A DNA stretch of 64,000 nucleotides from Bacteroidota bacterium. Its GTDB lineage: Bacteria > Bacteroidota > Bacteroidia > Chitinophagales > Chitinophagaceae. Each line of letters begins with the position of its first letter. The stretch's first letter is position 1. Below the pieces are notes generated by a model. That model was not told where the DNA came from. It saw nothing but the letters and a program-made list of their open reading frames with translations, and ran no database searches. Shown one piece after another: positions 61,882 to 64,000 of this stretch. The stretch covers positions 167,128 through 231,127 of the forward strand of contig VGGR01000003.1 in assembly GCA_016868585.1 (NCBI GenBank). The letters are read 5' to 3'. The position numbers and the translations under genes were made by a program.

Positions 61882-62550
61882 ATGTTTTTTCAAAAGAGCA
61901 TATGGTTGACACTCTGTTTTTTGATCATCACTCCTGTTTTTTCGCAACCCATAAAGCCGTTTCAAGCAGAGATGGATGCTTTTAAGAAGCAGGATAGTTT
62001 ACAAGAGCCTCCTCAAAACCCTAACGTGTTTGCCGGAAGTTCTTCATTTAGACTTTGGGCAAGTATGTATAACGATTTTCGCGGTTTCCCTATTTTGAAT
62101 CGAGGTTTTGGTGGTTCAACTTTGCTGGATTTGATAGACCGCTTGGAGGAAACCGTGTTGCAATACAACCCCAAGCAGGTATTTATTTATTGTGGTGAGA
62201 ATGACTTTGCCGCCAGCGCTACTGTTACCCCAGCTGAGGTTGCTGCAAGATTCAAAAGGGTGTTTAGTGCTATCAGAAAAAGTCAGGGTAAAAAAACAAA
62301 AATTATTTTCGTTTCTATTAAACCAAGCGTTGCACGTTGGCAGCTTGAATCAAAATTTGTAGCAGCCAATGAGCTGATTAGTTCTTTTCTTAAATCCAAA
62401 CGCAACACGCATTATATTGATGTTCATACCCCTATGTTGAGTCCTGCTGGTCAGGTTTTTCCGGATTTGTTTATCAAAGACAATTTGCACATGAATGCCA
62501 AAGGATATGCAATTTGGAAGGAGCTGATTTTACCCCTCTTGGTGCTTTAA
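61882..62550 (+). CDS. SGNH/GDSL-family lipase/acylhydrolase
   Basis: GSSS block I, NRGFGGS, YCGEND, DNLHMN (DxxH). Confidence 0.92.
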   Translation: MFFQKSIWLTLCFLIITPVFSQPIKPFQAEMDAFKKQDSLQEPPQNPNVFAGSSSFRLWASMYNDFRGFPILNRGFGGSTLLDLIDRLEETVLQYNPKQVFIYCGENDFAASATVTPAEVAARFKRVFSAIRKSQGKKTKIIFVSIKPSVARWQLESKFVAANELISSFLKSKRNTHYIDVHTPMLSPAGQVFPDLFIKDNLHMNAKGYAIWKELILPLLVL

Positions 62551-62560
62551 TGATGAGCTG

Positions 62561-62680
62561 CTAAATTGTAAAGCTGTCCATTTTTTCAGAAAATGCTTTC
62601 ACGTTGATAGCCAGCCTTGCGACACTCAACGAATAGTCTTTCCTTGTTTTTTCTACTATTATTTCAATCTTATTTTTCAT
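62561..62680 (-). pseudogene. 39-aa ORF, possible internally deleted HicB/XRE-like antitoxin remnant
   Basis: MKNKIEIIVEKTRKDYS + LAINVKAFSEKM. From memory of the family, this looks like its N-terminal beta-strands joined to the start of its HTH; not verified by search. Confidence 0.4.
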
Positions 62681-62708
62681 ATGCTTATCTTGTTACAAAG
62701 CCGTAGTT

Positions 62709-63281
62709 GTGCAACGCGTATGCTGGACAATTTTATTACGAATTTTAGGGTGGAATACTGATGTACAGTTTCCCAATGATGTAAAGAAATGTGTAATCAT
62801 TGCCGGTCCACATACCCATTGGATGGATTTTCCGATAGGATTGGCTTACCGTAGTATCCTGCGATTAAAAAATGCCCGTTTTCTGGGAAAAAAGGAATTG
62901 TTTGATGGCCCACTTGGTTTCTTTTTTCGTTGGGTGGGCGGGATACCTGCAGATCGATTTAGCAAGCATAATGTTGTTGATCAGGTGGTTGACATCTTAA
63001 CTAAGGAAAGCGAAATGATGATTGCGCTTTCTCCAGAGGGGACTCGCAATAAAGTAGATCACTTACGAACCGGGTTTTATCATATTGCAAAAAAGGCAGG
63101 AATACCCATTGTAATGGTTGGGTTTGATTTTAAGAACCGGAGGATTATAGTAAGTGAGCCATTTTACACCAGTGATTGTGAAAAAACAGATTTTGATCTG
63201 ATCCTTCGTTTTTTTGCTCCCATTCAAGGGAAAATTCCATCAAAGGGAATGGCTGAAACAAAAAACCAATTTAATGTTTAA
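62709..63281 (+). CDS. PlsC-like acyltransferase
   Basis: PHTHWMD (HxxxxD), GGIPADR, SPEGTR, GFYHIA. Confidence 0.9.
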   Translation: MQRVCWTILLRILGWNTDVQFPNDVKKCVIIAGPHTHWMDFPIGLAYRSILRLKNARFLGKKELFDGPLGFFFRWVGGIPADRFSKHNVVDQVVDILTKESEMMIALSPEGTRNKVDHLRTGFYHIAKKAGIPIVMVGFDFKNRRIIVSEPFYTSDCEKTDFDLILRFFAPIQGKIPSKGMAETKNQFNV

Positions 63282-64000
63282 GAAAGCACCCACTAATCAT
63301 CCTCTGTTATTAGAAATGTTTTACGGCTTTGAAAAAGAAAAAGCCAATCAAGTATTTCTTTCCGAGCCATTTGCAGGGAAAGCCGTGTCGCATACCTGGC
63401 AGGAAGCAGGAATGTCCATTCGGAAAATGGCAGCTGCATTGCTGGCCTTGAATTTGCCTGCGGGATCTCGCATGGCAATCATTGGCAAAAACTCTGCTCA
63501 CTGGATCATGGCAGACCTTGCCATTACTATGGCAGGACATGTTGCTGTTCCAATTTACCCGACAGTGACAGCCGCTACTCTTTGCCAAATACTAACGCAT
63601 AGCGAAAGTCAGGTGTTGTTTGTAGGCAAGTTGGATGCCATTGAACCACTGCAGTCAGGCATACCTGGTGCAGTTAAATGTATACACTTTCCTCATTGGG
63701 CTTGGCCTGGTTGCGAAGCCTGGGATAGTTTTTCAAAAGGTGTTGATCCGATTCGGACCCATTTTATTCCTGACCCGCAATCACTCAGTTGTATTTTATA
63801 TACCTCTGGAACAACCGGAGATCCCAAGGGGGTCATGCACACACATTTTGCGCATAGTTTTAGTTTGCTTACCGTATTGGATGCGCTGGGGGAGGAACTA
63901 AAAGACGAAGTTTTTTTCTCTTACTTACCACTCAGCCATATTGCAGAAAGAATGGTTGTGGAATATTGTGGAATTTTTACCGGGGGAACCATTTATTTTC
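63274..64000 (+). CDS. AMP-binding protein (long-chain fatty-acid--CoA ligase-like), 5' part; runs off the window edge
   Basis: Not in the ORF track (no stop in window). Open frame from ATG 63274 (or 63316) includes NSAHWIMADLAI, VPIYPT, YTSGTTGDPKGVMH and SYLPLSHIAER. Confidence 0.9.
   Translation, partial: MFKKAPTNHPLLLEMFYGFEKEKANQVFLSEPFAGKAVSHTWQEAGMSIRKMAAALLALNLPAGSRMAIIGKNSAHWIMADLAITMAGHVAVPIYPTVTAATLCQILTHSESQVLFVGKLDAIEPLQSGIPGAVKCIHFPHWAWPGCEAWDSFSKGVDPIRTHFIPDPQSLSCILYTSGTTGDPKGVMHTHFAHSFSLLTVLDALGEELKDEVFFSYLPLSHIAERMVVEYCGIFTGGTIYF

Overview
A gene-dense, mostly housekeeping window from a Bacteroidota genome. The evidence is gldE/gldD, a T9SS-type cargo protein, repeated TAnnTTTG -7 promoter elements and a split metH. 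Gene content and order suggest Chitinophagaceae, but that is an inference. It carries DNA repair and recombination genes (comF, radA, mutY, comEC, ligA, xth, recR, a UvrD-nuclease fusion), translation genes (rsfS, alaS, rplM-rpsI-rpsB-tsf, pyrH) and two tiny ribosomal proteins missed by the ORF track (bS22-like and bTHX). It also carries purH, carB, ftsH, lutB/lutC and a trimmed phenylacetate (paa) cluster with its TetR regulator. I see no prophage, integrase, transposase, CRISPR array, rRNA or tRNA, and no large multi-gene novel system is supportable. The most interesting signals are small. (1) A switch-like structured leader precedes the split metH and does not match a riboswitch class I can recognise. 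(2) An intrinsic terminator sits directly upstream of the radA start codon, closing a short structured transcript. (3) A palindrome/IHF-like motif is shared by the divergent promoter regions upstream of radA, mutY and ligA. (4) Four eroded gene remnants (DUF3109, paaY, asd, a HicB/XRE-like gene) lie among otherwise intact genes, suggesting ongoing gene loss. (5) An orphan NarL-type regulator lacks the conserved receiver lysine. All family calls are from manual motif recognition; no database searches were run.
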